Positions 10,087 through 19,470 of a stretch of DNA of 64,000 bases are shown here, piece by piece. This stretch comes from Candidatus Sungiibacteriota bacterium (GTDB lineage: Bacteria > Patescibacteriota > Minisyncoccia > Sungbacterales > HO2-52-23). The notes beneath the pieces were generated by a model. That model was not told the DNA's origin and did not search any database. It saw only the letters and a program-made list of their open reading frames with translations. Every line of letters starts with the position of its first letter. The first letter of the stretch is position 1. A program made the position numbers and the translations under genes. The stretch covers positions 1,348 to 65,347 of the forward strand of contig JACPYI010000023.1 of NCBI GenBank assembly GCA_016196115.1, in the 5' to 3' direction.

Positions 10087-10214
10087 TGTGCACCCCTTTC
10101 ATTGGTTGTTTGTGAAGCAATATGTAGGAGAAGCGTATACTTTATTTGCGATTTTGTCAAAAGGTATGCGTTAAGGTTGTAAAAGATGTCCTTTTAGAAT
10201 ATAAAGGAGAATAT

Positions 10215-11027
10215 ATGCTTATCTTCAGCCATCGGGGACTAAAATTGGAACAACCCGAAAACACACTTGAAGCATTTTGCGCTGCGGCCGCAGCGGGTTT
10301 TGGCGTTGAACTGGATATCCGGCTTACCAAAGACGGGGATCTGGTCTGTATTCATGATCGAAATCCGGCGCGAGTGGCCGGGACTTCTGCGGTTCAGGAT
10401 GTTCGCGAACATACCGTGGTTGAGCTCCAAGCGCTCGATGTGGCAAATAGTTTCTGGCAGTGGCGCGATGCCAGCCGCATACCGAGATTTTTTGATGTTG
10501 CCCAGCAGGTGATTGCGAAGTTTGGTCCAGACCGGCGTGCCGCAGTGCACGTGAAGGCCGAAGAACAAGGGGATCAGCAGATCGGCCTGCTTGTATCCAC
10601 GTTTCAGAAATATAATCTCTACGCGCAAGCTTTTTTGTTTGACCTGACCTTGGAGACGGCCGCACAGGTTCGCGCTATGGATCCTAACATACAGATATTT
10701 ATATCAGTGGGTGAAGAGCGCTACGGCCCCTCGATCTATCTGTGGGAAGACCTGAAAGATCACGGAGCCATCTATGACGGCGTGTGGTGGGATGAATGGA
10801 AAATTCTTGGAGGCGAGTATACGCAAGAGCGTGCCGCCCAAATCAAAGCAGCCGGAAAATTGAATTATGCGATCTCGCCCGAGCTGCATCTTGATCACGC
10901 GAATCCGCACGCGCTCGTCGGCTACTACCAGGAGTGGGAGCGCTTCATCGCATGGAACATTGACGGCGTGTGCACCGCATTCCCACGTGCATTTCAGGAG
11001 TTTTTAGCAGCGCGTAAGATAGCATAA
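10215..11027 (+). CDS. Glycerophosphodiester phosphodiesterase (GDPD) family protein
   Basis: Classic GDPD N-terminal motifs FSHRG...ENTLEAF...GVELDIRLTKDGDLVCIHD. ATG 10215 with AAGGAG RBS 5 nt upstream. Confidence 0.85.
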   Translation: MLIFSHRGLKLEQPENTLEAFCAAAAAGFGVELDIRLTKDGDLVCIHDRNPARVAGTSAVQDVREHTVVELQALDVANSFWQWRDASRIPRFFDVAQQVIAKFGPDRRAAVHVKAEEQGDQQIGLLVSTFQKYNLYAQAFLFDLTLETAAQVRAMDPNIQIFISVGEERYGPSIYLWEDLKDHGAIYDGVWWDEWKILGGEYTQERAAQIKAAGKLNYAISPELHLDHANPHALVGYYQEWERFIAWNIDGVCTAFPRAFQEFLAARKIA

Positions 11028-11048
11028 TACATTCAAAAATCATATCTC

Positions 11049-11078
11049 AAGGCCTCACCCAAAGGCCTTGACTTTTTT
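11049..11078 (+). terminator. Rho-independent terminator after the GDPD gene
   Basis: AAGGCCT-cacccaa-AGGCCTT 7-bp stem-loop followed by gaCTTTTTT. Confidence 0.6.
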
Positions 11079-11137
11079 GCTGCAAAGCATAGGATTGTAC
11101 CATTCTTGTTTCTTTGACAGAACAGAGGAGGAAAGAA

Positions 11138-12028
11138 ATGGATCAGCACGATAATGACATTCTCCCTATTTTATTGGATGCATTAGAGGCTTCAATGGAG
11201 GTGGTGGGCACATATCAGGGTGGTCATCTACCGAGTGACATCGAGCATAAAGCGGATAATACTATTGTCACAGTTGCGGACAAAGCAAGTGAATCGGCGG
11301 CTGCCGCTATTCTGCAGGAACGATTAACGGGATTTGATTTCCATTTTGAAGAGCGCGGACAAGTCGGCAATGCAGAATCCAGATACAGCGTATGGGTGGA
11401 TCCGCTTGACGGCACTGCTCCGTTTGCCAATGGGGCAAACACCTCAACGGTTATTATTGCGGTCAATGATAATGAAAGAAAACGCGTTACGCACTGCTTG
11501 GTTGGAGAGCCGGGGGTAACTGGTAAAATCTGGTATGCGATTGAAGGTCAAGGAACAGAGATAATTGATCGGTTGGATTTTTCCGACCAGGATCATCCTG
11601 CAAGAGTTTGGGATGGCACGCTCAATCCAAAATCCGGCGTTCTGCTTGATCTCTACCCCGACTTTCGCGGAAAAGGGTATGAGGCGCTCTCAAACGAAGA
11701 ACAGCATAAACTTTTCAGTTTGCTTTTTGGAAAAGCGCAAATCAGGATGTTGGGGTCTAACGGCTATCACCACGCCTTGGTTGCAAACGGCGGCGAAGGC
11801 ATGGCTGGAGCCATTACGGTTGCCTACGGCGGTCCGTGGGATTGCGCCCCGGTGCTTTTAGTGCTTGAGGCAGGAGGCGCTGCTCGGGCTTTTTCAACAG
11901 ACGGCCAATATTTTATCGAACAACATCCGCTTGATGTGATGAGCTATCGTTTTCTCGTAACAGGTAATAATCAGGAAACCGTGGACACACTCTCGACTGC
12001 TCTTTTCGAGCTTCGGCCATTGAAATAA
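11138..12028 (+). CDS. Inositol monophosphatase family protein (IMPase/FBPase fold)
   Basis: Signature WVDPLDGT; second motif region ALVANGGEGMAG. ATG 11138 with GAGGAGG RBS. Confidence 0.8.
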   Translation: MDQHDNDILPILLDALEASMEVVGTYQGGHLPSDIEHKADNTIVTVADKASESAAAAILQERLTGFDFHFEERGQVGNAESRYSVWVDPLDGTAPFANGANTSTVIIAVNDNERKRVTHCLVGEPGVTGKIWYAIEGQGTEIIDRLDFSDQDHPARVWDGTLNPKSGVLLDLYPDFRGKGYEALSNEEQHKLFSLLFGKAQIRMLGSNGYHHALVANGGEGMAGAITVAYGGPWDCAPVLLVLEAGGAARAFSTDGQYFIEQHPLDVMSYRFLVTGNNQETVDTLSTALFELRPLK

Positions 12029-12039
12029 GGAGGAGTGTT

Positions 12040-12258
12040 ATGAGATTCAGACAGAGAAAACTTAGAAAGTTGTTGAGCGATATACGAACAAGCAGATGGT
12101 TTTGGAATGTCGTGACTGGTGCGCAGGCGTGCGCTCTGATCCTCATAATTTTTGTGCCAAAGCCATGGAACAATGCTCTCGTGTTAGGCATCGCTGCTAT
12201 TTTGCTTACTGGCATGGTGTGCTCGATCTGTCAAATTCCCCAAAAGAAATCGTCCTAA
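12040..12258 (+). CDS. Small hydrophobic protein (72 aa, one or two predicted TM segments)
   Basis: Strong GGAGGAG RBS 6 nt upstream and hydrophobic core ALILIIFVPKPWNNALVLGIAAILLTGMV. No homology assignable. Confidence 0.45.
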   Translation: MRFRQRKLRKLLSDIRTSRWFWNVVTGAQACALILIIFVPKPWNNALVLGIAAILLTGMVCSICQIPQKKSS

Positions 12259-12273
12259 AATGGATCACGGCAG

Positions 12274-12310
12274 GCCCTTCTCTCACAAGAAAGAAGGGCT
12301 GTTCTATTTA
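12274..12310 (+). terminator. Putative terminator hairpin GCCCTTCT...AGAAGGGC followed by T-rich tract
   Basis: 8-bp stem, then tgttctattt. Confidence 0.4.
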
Positions 12311-12576
12311 CCCCACCAAATACTTGTCTCCTTTTGCCGAGGGGATTTTTATGACGGCGCTGTAGCCGTCCTCAATGCACGTGAAGCGGGAGACCTCGTT
12401 GGGGTGGAGGCGGACAAAATCTTTTGGCATGTCAAAGTCAAACACAAATTTATATCACTATCTTGTTCGATCGGTCAGAACAGTGTTACAAAAATTGACC
12501 TTATTTTTCTTGACCAATCAAAGATGTTTTGTTACCGTTTAGTCAGGTTGCTGTGTTTCTGATAAGGAGAAGAGAT

Positions 12577-12858
12577 ATGATCAACACGGTTATATTCGAT
12601 CTAGACGGGGTTATCTGCGATACGGAGCGTTCCCGCTTTGATTTGTCTGCGCTGCATCAGTTGAACATGCCCGTTGAAGAATGTATTGCGATTGAAGATA
12701 CTCCACTGGGAATTCAATCGGCACAATCTGCGGGATTGATCTGTATCGCAGTGACCCATACTCACTCTCGGGATGAACTGGCTGGTGCGGATGCTATCAT
12801 TGACGGTCTCCCTGAATTCACCGGTGAATTTATCAGTCGCTTACAGATAAGAGAATAG
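12577..12858 (+). pseudogene. Internally deleted HAD-superfamily hydrolase remnant (93 codons)
   Basis: Has HAD motif I (VIFDLDGVI) and motif IV-like EDTPLGIQSAQSAGL, but the cap domain and motifs II/III are absent. RBS AAGGAGAAG is present. Confidence 0.5.
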
Positions 12859-12915
12859 CTCGCATCGCGCGAGCTTTTTGTTGCACTTTTATTGCCCTCT
12901 TTTTGTCATGGACAA

Positions 12916-13542
12916 TTATACCAAGATCGGATCAAACAGCGCCAGGTGCACGTCTTCGCAGCCGCGCACCGGGATTACGCTCGCGCCGCTGGCGCGGGCC
13001 GCGGCAATGCCGTGCGGGGCGTCTTCCACGATCACGGCCTCATGCGGCTCAATCCCGAGTTTTTTGAACGCGGTGAGGTAGATTTCCGGATGAGGCTTTG
13101 GGTTTTCTATCTCGTCGTTGCCCAGGATCACATCAAAGTAGTCAAAGAGGTGCGCGGATTTGAGCATGAGGTGAAGGGTCTCGCGGATGGAATTTGAGCA
13201 GCAGGCAAGTTTGTAGCCGCGGTCTTTGAGATGGCGCATGAGAATGATTTTTGAATAATCCGGCGCGCAGTATTTCGGGATGATGTCTTTGGTATGCTGC
13301 TGCTTGACGTCGTTGATAAATTCGCGCAATCCCGGCGGCAGCCGCTCGAGCCGCTCGAGCTCCTCGAGTTTTTTTCTCGTGGGCAGGCCGTTGAAATGTC
13401 CGAAGTGCTCGTCCTCTTCAATGCGCGCGCCAAAAAGCGCCAAGGCGCGGTTGAGCGCCTCAAAATGGCCCTTGGGCATGTCCACCAGCACGCCGTCGAG
13501 GTCAAACAAGATCGCTTTATAACTTGGTTTTTGTTCAGTCAT
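12916..13542 (-). CDS. HAD-superfamily hydrolase (beta-phosphoglucomutase-like subfamily IA)
   Basis: ILFDLDGVLVD (motif I), CSNS (motif II), KPHPE (K motif), VEDAPHGIAAARASG (motif IV). Start MTEQKPS at 13542. Confidence 0.8.
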   Translation of the reverse strand: MTEQKPSYKAILFDLDGVLVDMPKGHFEALNRALALFGARIEEDEHFGHFNGLPTRKKLEELERLERLPPGLREFINDVKQQHTKDIIPKYCAPDYSKIILMRHLKDRGYKLACCSNSIRETLHLMLKSAHLFDYFDVILGNDEIENPKPHPEIYLTAFKKLGIEPHEAVIVEDAPHGIAAARASGASVIPVRGCEDVHLALFDPILV

Positions 13543-14806
13543 GCTGTTGTTCCTGCGCCCACGCGGGCCTAAAAAAACTTGAACGGCCTTTTCCGTGCGG
13601 AAGAGGAAAGCGCAAGCCAAGTCCGGCTATCTGCTCCACCGTAAACACAAGCTGTCCCTCATCCTGCACGATGCGTTTTACTTCGTGTATGCCGATATCC
13701 GGCTCGATGCGGTACGTTCCGTGGCTGAGCGTGTTGGCGGGAATAATAAATTTTTTGATAAACGGTCCCTGTTCAACGGTCGGCGGCAAAGAATTTTCGG
13801 CATCGTCATAGAGCGTGTATGCAAGTTCGTAACCGAATTCGGAAAACAAGGTAAAGCCGAAAATCAGGCCGCGCACGGGCTGAAGAATGTCCGCAGTGAT
13901 CTCGATTTCAATGGGCGCTGCGGTGTGGAATCTTCCGGCCGGCTCCATGCTTCTCACCCGCGTATGCGTGAGCCGCACGTGCTCGTCGCCGGCCAGTCCC
14001 TCCCACTCCACTTTTTCGGTTTCGACATAATCGTACAGGTACGCGCGCACGACTTTTTCGGTCGGGCCGATCATTTTGATCTTACCCCGCTCGAGCAGAA
14101 TCGTTTGCTTGCACAGTTGCTGAACCGCCACCATATTGTGACTCACGAACAGAATCGTGCGGCCGTCTTTTTTCGTAACCTCTTCCATTTTGCCCAGGCA
14201 TTTTTTTTGGAACTCGGCGTCGCCCACCGCAAGCACCTCATCAACCAAAAGGATGTCCGGCTCCAGATGCGCGGCGACGGAAAAGGCAAGCCGCACATAC
14301 ATGCCGCTGGAGTAGTATTTGACCGGCGTGTCAAGAAACTGCTCCACGCCGGCAAATTCGACAATGGCGTCAAAATTTTTCGCCATGTCGGCCCGGGACA
14401 TGCCCAGGATCGCGCCGTTGAGGAAAATGTTTTCGCGGCCGGTAAGTTCCGGATGAAACCCGGTGCCGACCTCCAAAAGGGACGAGACCCGGCCAGCCAT
14501 GACAGCCTCGCCCGCCGTAGGAGGGGTAATGCCGGTAAGAATTTTTAACAGGGTAGATTTGCCGGCGCCGTTCCTTCCGATGATGCCTACCACGTCTCCG
14601 GCGTTGACACGAAAGCTGATATCCTTGAGCGCCCAAAATTCTTCTTTAGTCACAGTGCCGATGGCGGTTTTCATTTTGGCTTTGGCGAATCGGAGCGGGC
14701 GTCTGGCAATGGTGGCAATCACGTCGCGCAACGCAACATAGCCGCCCCGCTGGTGGGCAATATCGTATTTTTTGCTCAAGTTTTTGACTTGGATGATTGG
14801 GGGCAT
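13535..14806 (-). CDS. wzt: Polysaccharide ABC transporter ATP-binding protein with C-terminal extension (Wzt-like)
   Basis: Walker A GRNGAGKST, signature YSSGM, Walker B LLVDEVLAVGD, plus about 180 extra C-terminal residues as in Wzt carbohydrate-binding domains. Start at ATG 14806. Confidence 0.8.
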   Translation of the reverse strand: MPPIIQVKNLSKKYDIAHQRGGYVALRDVIATIARRPLRFAKAKMKTAIGTVTKEEFWALKDISFRVNAGDVVGIIGRNGAGKSTLLKILTGITPPTAGEAVMAGRVSSLLEVGTGFHPELTGRENIFLNGAILGMSRADMAKNFDAIVEFAGVEQFLDTPVKYYSSGMYVRLAFSVAAHLEPDILLVDEVLAVGDAEFQKKCLGKMEEVTKKDGRTILFVSHNMVAVQQLCKQTILLERGKIKMIGPTEKVVRAYLYDYVETEKVEWEGLAGDEHVRLTHTRVRSMEPAGRFHTAAPIEIEITADILQPVRGLIFGFTLFSEFGYELAYTLYDDAENSLPPTVEQGPFIKKFIIPANTLSHGTYRIEPDIGIHEVKRIVQDEGQLVFTVEQIAGLGLRFPLPHGKGRSSFFRPAWAQEQQHD

Positions 14807-14810
14807 ACGG

Positions 14811-15629
14811 TCAAATAATGTCGGCGAAATAACGTTCAACGGTTTTGAAATAAGCGGTGCCGATGACCAGCGCCGCGAGGCACGCGAACGACGAGATCGC
14901 AAGCAGCGTCCAATTGATGGGCGTGGTGCCCAGGATCGCTGCCCGGGCTGCCTGGATCACGCCAGTCATGGGGTTGAGCGCGAGGAGCCGCGAGTACTTG
15001 CCGGCGATGCTCGCCGGGTAGATCACGGGGGTGAGAAAGAGCATGATCTGTATGAAAAACGGAAGCACGTACCGCACATCGCGGTATCTTACGTTGAGGG
15101 CGGCAAGAAACAGACCCATTCCCACGGCTGCCATAAAGGTAATAAGCAGCAGCAACGGGAGGATGGCAAGCCCCATAAGGCGCGGCACGTATCCATAATA
15201 GATCATCATGCCGATTAAAATAAGTGATGCGACGGCAAAGTCAATGAATTTGGTCATGACTGCCGAGAGCGGCAGGATCAGGCGCGGAAAATATACTTTA
15301 GTGATAATCGCCTGATTGCCGATCAGGGTTGAACTCGTCTCGGAAAGCGCTCCGGAAAAGAATTGCCAGAAAAGCAGGCCCACGTACACAAAAATAGGAT
15401 AGGGGACGCTGTCCGATGGGATATGCGCGAGTTTGCCGAAAAACACGCTGAAGACGATCATCGTGACAAACGGCTGGAAAAGGGCCCACCCGACCCCGAT
15501 CACGGTCTGCTTGTAGCGCACTTTGAGATCGCGCCACGTAAAAAAATAAAGCAGCTCGCGATAACGCCACAATTCCCGCGCGTCTTCAATGCTTATTTTT
15601 TTCTTGGGCCTGATAATGATTGATTGCAT
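14811..15629 (-). CDS. wzm: ABC-2 type polysaccharide export permease (Wzm-like)
   Basis: Six predicted TM segments and ABC-2 family pattern; adjacent to and co-oriented with the ATPase. Start MQSIII at 15629. Confidence 0.8.
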   Translation of the reverse strand: MQSIIIRPKKKISIEDARELWRYRELLYFFTWRDLKVRYKQTVIGVGWALFQPFVTMIVFSVFFGKLAHIPSDSVPYPIFVYVGLLFWQFFSGALSETSSTLIGNQAIITKVYFPRLILPLSAVMTKFIDFAVASLILIGMMIYYGYVPRLMGLAILPLLLLITFMAAVGMGLFLAALNVRYRDVRYVLPFFIQIMLFLTPVIYPASIAGKYSRLLALNPMTGVIQAARAAILGTTPINWTLLAISSFACLAALVIGTAYFKTVERYFADII

Positions 15630-15636
15630 ACCATAG

Positions 15637-16542
15637 TTATGATAGAGTTGCCCGAAAGGGATTTCGCCGGTATGTGTGGAGCGACCACACACCGTCCGCA
15701 AATGAATCGAATTCGACGGTTCGGTGATAAAAAGAGTTTAAGAGGGGGATTTGCAGATAGAGTTTATTCGGGATGTTGCGCAGCAAGGGTTTTCCCAGAC
15801 GGAGGATTCGGTATGCCATGGCCAGAGTCCGATCCCTGGAGGAAACCGAGTCATAGAGTTCTTTGAGCGCCTTCTCGGTATGCTCTTCAAATACCGCACG
15901 GTCCCGCACGCTTTGGCCGGACGGAACTTTGCGGTATGTGCCTACAAGAGTCGTGAGATGGTATAATTCCGCTTCCTGAAAAAATTTTATCCATAAGCCG
16001 GTGTCGAAACTCCATGGGTATTTCTCGGACAGCGCACCGCCGGTCCGCTCCCAGAGCGAGCGTCGGAAGAACGTTGATTCCTGCTGAATGGTGCGCCAAT
16101 CGCGGATCAGAAAATCATATTTATTTTTTCGCAACGAAGATACTTTTACTACTCTTCCATAATCATCCAAGACGCTCGCAAGGCCGGTCAGCCATTCGAT
16201 TTCAGGAAATGATCCGAACGCGTCGGCGACGCTAAAAAGACTTTTCGGCAGGAGCGTATTTTTCGTGTTCAGCCAGCCCAATATCTCGCCGCCTGCAAAA
16301 GAAAAGCCGCGGTTGATTGCCGGAACCGGCGTGGTGCGCATACCGGGAAATTGCTCACAGCGCGCGAGATCATGCGCATAGCGCTGAATGATTTCCCAGC
16401 TCTTATCGGTGGAACCGTCATCGATCACGATGTACTCGAGATTCGGATATTGCTGCGAGAGCACGGATTCGATGGTCTGGGCAATATAGCGTTCCCGATT
16501 GAATACTTGGGTAACGAGAGAAATTTTTGGGTAGGCGTTCAT
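15637..16542 (-). CDS. Glycosyltransferase family 2
   Basis: ISLVTQVFNRERYIAQTIESVLSQQYPNLEYIVIDDGSTD (GT2 N-terminal DXD region). Confidence 0.8.
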   Translation of the reverse strand: MNAYPKISLVTQVFNRERYIAQTIESVLSQQYPNLEYIVIDDGSTDKSWEIIQRYAHDLARCEQFPGMRTTPVPAINRGFSFAGGEILGWLNTKNTLLPKSLFSVADAFGSFPEIEWLTGLASVLDDYGRVVKVSSLRKNKYDFLIRDWRTIQQESTFFRRSLWERTGGALSEKYPWSFDTGLWIKFFQEAELYHLTTLVGTYRKVPSGQSVRDRAVFEEHTEKALKELYDSVSSRDRTLAMAYRILRLGKPLLRNIPNKLYLQIPLLNSFYHRTVEFDSFADGVWSLHTYRRNPFRATLS

Positions 16543-17390
16543 TCTGTTTGGTTATGCCCGTCTCCGATACAAGCTAATCGCCTGCGCCGCTCGCGCACGA
16601 ATTTTGCATTCTGTCGCTCGCGCTGTTCCGGGGCGGCATAGGCATCAGATATGCGGAATATGCCGGTCTCGCGGACAAAGGCGACGTCTGCCTGACAGAG
16701 TGCCCCATCCAAAGGACGGTACGATATGCCCGCAATATCGTATGCCACAAACCCCGTGTCCTTCATGAACGCCGTAACTTCATGGAACAGGGGGGCGGTA
16801 CGGATCGCGCGAAAAAACGAAACTTCAAGAATGACCATGTCAGTCCTTGCGAGCGTGCGTTTACCGCCCCGAAGCGCTTCAAGTTCCGCGCCCTGGAGAT
16901 CCAGCTTGAGCAAAAAAGGCGGCAGCTCATCCGCGCAGAGATCATCAAGCGTGTATGCCGGAACCACGCGCTTTTCCTGCACGAGGGTCTCTTCGTCCTC
17001 GACCTCTTCAAAGATTGAAGAGCCGACCAGATCTTTATGGACATTGATGGCAATTTGGCTGGTGTCCGGTCCTGCTGCGGCGCCGGATATCAGTCGGGAA
17101 GATTTGAGGGATTGGCATACCGCCTCAAGGACCGGCCGGTATTCGGTCAGGGGCTCTATGAGCACATATCGCGCGTCGGGAAATACGGAGTGGGCGCATG
17201 CGGTCCAATCGCCGAATGCGGCGCCTGCGTCAACGAGCGTGGCAGGCGAGAAACCGATTCTTTTTGCGTGCCGCAAAACGCTGCGCATAGACATGCGCTG
17301 CCACTCGCCTTTCTTGCGGATTTCCAGGCCGAAACAGGCGAACGATATGGCAATAATTCTTTTCACCCAGTTGGAAAATCTCATAAACAT
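16539..17390 (-). CDS. FkbM-family methyltransferase
   Basis: VDAGAAFGDWT (motif I) and LLKLDLQGAELEAL (FkbM signature, compare IKIDVEGAE). Confidence 0.7.
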   Translation of the reverse strand: MFMRFSNWVKRIIAISFACFGLEIRKKGEWQRMSMRSVLRHAKRIGFSPATLVDAGAAFGDWTACAHSVFPDARYVLIEPLTEYRPVLEAVCQSLKSSRLISGAAAGPDTSQIAINVHKDLVGSSIFEEVEDEETLVQEKRVVPAYTLDDLCADELPPFLLKLDLQGAELEALRGGKRTLARTDMVILEVSFFRAIRTAPLFHEVTAFMKDTGFVAYDIAGISYRPLDGALCQADVAFVRETGIFRISDAYAAPEQRERQNAKFVRERRRRLACIGDGHNQTE

Positions 17391-17400
17391 TGTCGCTGCG

Positions 17401-18378
17401 TCACGCGAATTCGCGGTTATGCTGCTGCTCCGTGAAAGTCGGCGGCCGCCTGCCCCGATACCACGCTATAGTTTTTTCCAAGCCGGTCTCGAAATCGGTT
17501 GACGCGTGAAAGCCGAATTCTTTTTTTGCGCGGCTCACGTCAAGCATACGGCGCGGCTGGCCGTCGGGCTTGGAGGGGTCCCAGCGTATGCCGCCACTGA
17601 AATCCATAAGTCGGCATATCATCTCCACCAGATTTTTTATGGAAATCTCTGTGCCTGATCCTAGGTTTACCGGCTCCGGCTTGTCGTAGTTCTCGGCGGC
17701 CGCGATAATCCCTTTGGCGCCGTCCTCGACGTAAAAAAACTCCCGTGTAGCAGAGCCGCTTCCCCATACGTCAATAAAGGTCTTGCCGGAACGCTTGGCA
17801 TCATCGACTTTTTTGATCAAAGCAGGGATCACGTGCGATGCGGACGGATCAAAATTATCTCCCGGACCGTAGAGATTTACCGGAATCACGTAAATACTGT
17901 TCATGCCGTACTGCCGACGGTATGCCTGCGCCTGCACCAGCATCATCCGCTTTGCCAGGCCGTACGGCGCATTAGTCTCTTCCGGGTAGCCGTTCCAGAG
18001 GTCTTGTTCTTTGAACGGCATCGGCGCGAATTTCGGATACGCGCATACCGTGCCGACGCCGACGAATTTTTGAACTCCTTCCTGCCGCGCCGCCTCCATC
18101 ATCTGTATGCCCATCATGGCGTTATCGTAAAAAATTTCCCCGGGCTTCTCGCGGTTGAATCCGATGCCGCCGACTTTCGCCGCCAGATGGATAACAATAT
18201 CTTGCCCCGCCGCAACCCGCATGCAGTTTTCCCAGACGCGGAGATCGCATTCGCTTGAGTGCGGAACAGTGATCTGCGATTCGGGAACTCCGCGTTCGCG
18301 CAGTTTTTTCACCACAAAACCGCCCAGGAATCCGGCGCCCCCGGTGACCAGTATTTTTTTATCGGCAAGGTTGATCAT
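17401..18378 (-). CDS. fcl: GDP-L-fucose synthase (GDP-4-keto-6-deoxy-D-mannose 3,5-epimerase/4-reductase)
   Basis: [18 protein letters not shown] (YxxxK) and high overall similarity to the WcaG/Fcl pattern. ATGA overlap with gmd. Confidence 0.85.
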   Translation of the reverse strand: MINLADKKILVTGGAGFLGGFVVKKLRERGVPESQITVPHSSECDLRVWENCMRVAAGQDIVIHLAAKVGGIGFNREKPGEIFYDNAMMGIQMMEAARQEGVQKFVGVGTVCAYPKFAPMPFKEQDLWNGYPEETNAPYGLAKRMMLVQAQAYRRQYGMNSIYVIPVNLYGPGDNFDPSASHVIPALIKKVDDAKRSGKTFIDVWGSGSATREFFYVEDGAKGIIAAAENYDKPEPVNLGSGTEISIKNLVEMICRLMDFSGGIRWDPSKPDGQPRRMLDVSRAKKEFGFHASTDFETGLEKTIAWYRGRRPPTFTEQQHNREFA

Positions 18379-19364
18379 CTCAAAGGTTTTAAGTCCTCGT
18401 CAACCATGATTTTCACGAGTTCGGAAAAAGTGGTTTTCGGCGCCCAGCCCAGCTTCTCGCGCGCTTTGGCGGTATCCGCCATCAAATGTTCCACTTCGGC
18501 CGGCCGGAAGTAGCGCGGGTCGATCTCGACGTAGTCCCGCCAGTTTTCAATGTCGGCATGGCGGAATGCGGTCTCCAGAAATTCCCGCACCGAATGGCTT
18601 ATCCCCGTGCCGATCACGTAGTCCTCCGCCTCATTCTGCTGCATCATCCGCCATGCGGCCTCCATGTATTCGGGCGCGTAGCCCCAGTCGCGCCGCGCGT
18701 CAAGATTGCCCAGATAAATTTTCTTGTCGAGTCCCGCGATGATCCGCGCGATGCCCCGCGTGATCTTTTTGGTCACGAACGTGCCGCCGCGCCGGGGGCT
18801 CTCGTGGTTAAACAAAATGCCGTTGACCGCGAACATGCCGTGCGCTTCGCGATAATTTACGGTCGCGTGGTACGCGAATACTTTCGCGATCGCATACGGG
18901 CTCCGGGGATGGAACGGCGTTGACTCGTTCTGCGGCGGGGGCGCCGCGCCGAACATCTCCGACGAGGACGCCTGGTAATATTTTATTTTCTTGCCCGTGT
19001 GCTCTTCAAAGTCCTTGATTGCCTCGAGAATTCGCAGGGTACCCATGCCTGTGGTGTCGGCCGTGTATTCAGGAATGTCAAACGACACGCGCACATGCGA
19101 CTGCGCCGCCAGATTGTATATTTCGTCCGGCTTGATTTTATAGATGAGTTTGCGAAGAATGCCCGCGTCAGACAGGTCGCCATAGTGGAGGTGCAGGCGC
19201 GAGCCGCTCGCGTGCGGGTCCTGGTACAGATGCTCGATCCGCGCCGTATTGAACGTAGACGCGCGGCGGATCATGCCGTGCACCTCGTATCCTTTTTCAA
19301 GCAAAAGCTCCGCCAGGTACGAACCGTCTTGTCCGGTGATGCCGGTGATGAGCGCTTTTTTCAT
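18375..19364 (-). CDS. gmd: GDP-mannose 4,6-dehydratase
   Basis: [30 protein letters not shown]..., [16 protein letters not shown]; canonical Gmd. Start at ATG 19364; the upstream in-frame stretch is not protein-like. Confidence 0.9.
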   Translation of the reverse strand: MKKALITGITGQDGSYLAELLLEKGYEVHGMIRRASTFNTARIEHLYQDPHASGSRLHLHYGDLSDAGILRKLIYKIKPDEIYNLAAQSHVRVSFDIPEYTADTTGMGTLRILEAIKDFEEHTGKKIKYYQASSSEMFGAAPPPQNESTPFHPRSPYAIAKVFAYHATVNYREAHGMFAVNGILFNHESPRRGGTFVTKKITRGIARIIAGLDKKIYLGNLDARRDWGYAPEYMEAAWRMMQQNEAEDYVIGTGISHSVREFLETAFRHADIENWRDYVEIDPRYFRPAEVEHLMADTAKAREKLGWAPKTTFSELVKIMVDEDLKPLR

Positions 19365-19470
19365 AGTGGTCGTTTCGCGATCATTATGCACGAAAACAGG
19401 AAAAAAAGCAAGATATGGCGCGTGCGACAAAATAGTACTAAGATGCGTTTGATAGGTATAGGCCATCGGC

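Noticed and set aside
13595-14548. 317-aa + strand ORF antisense to the Wzt ATPase gene
   Set aside because: It overlaps a gene with Walker A, signature and Walker B motifs. Its composition is typical of an antisense frame.
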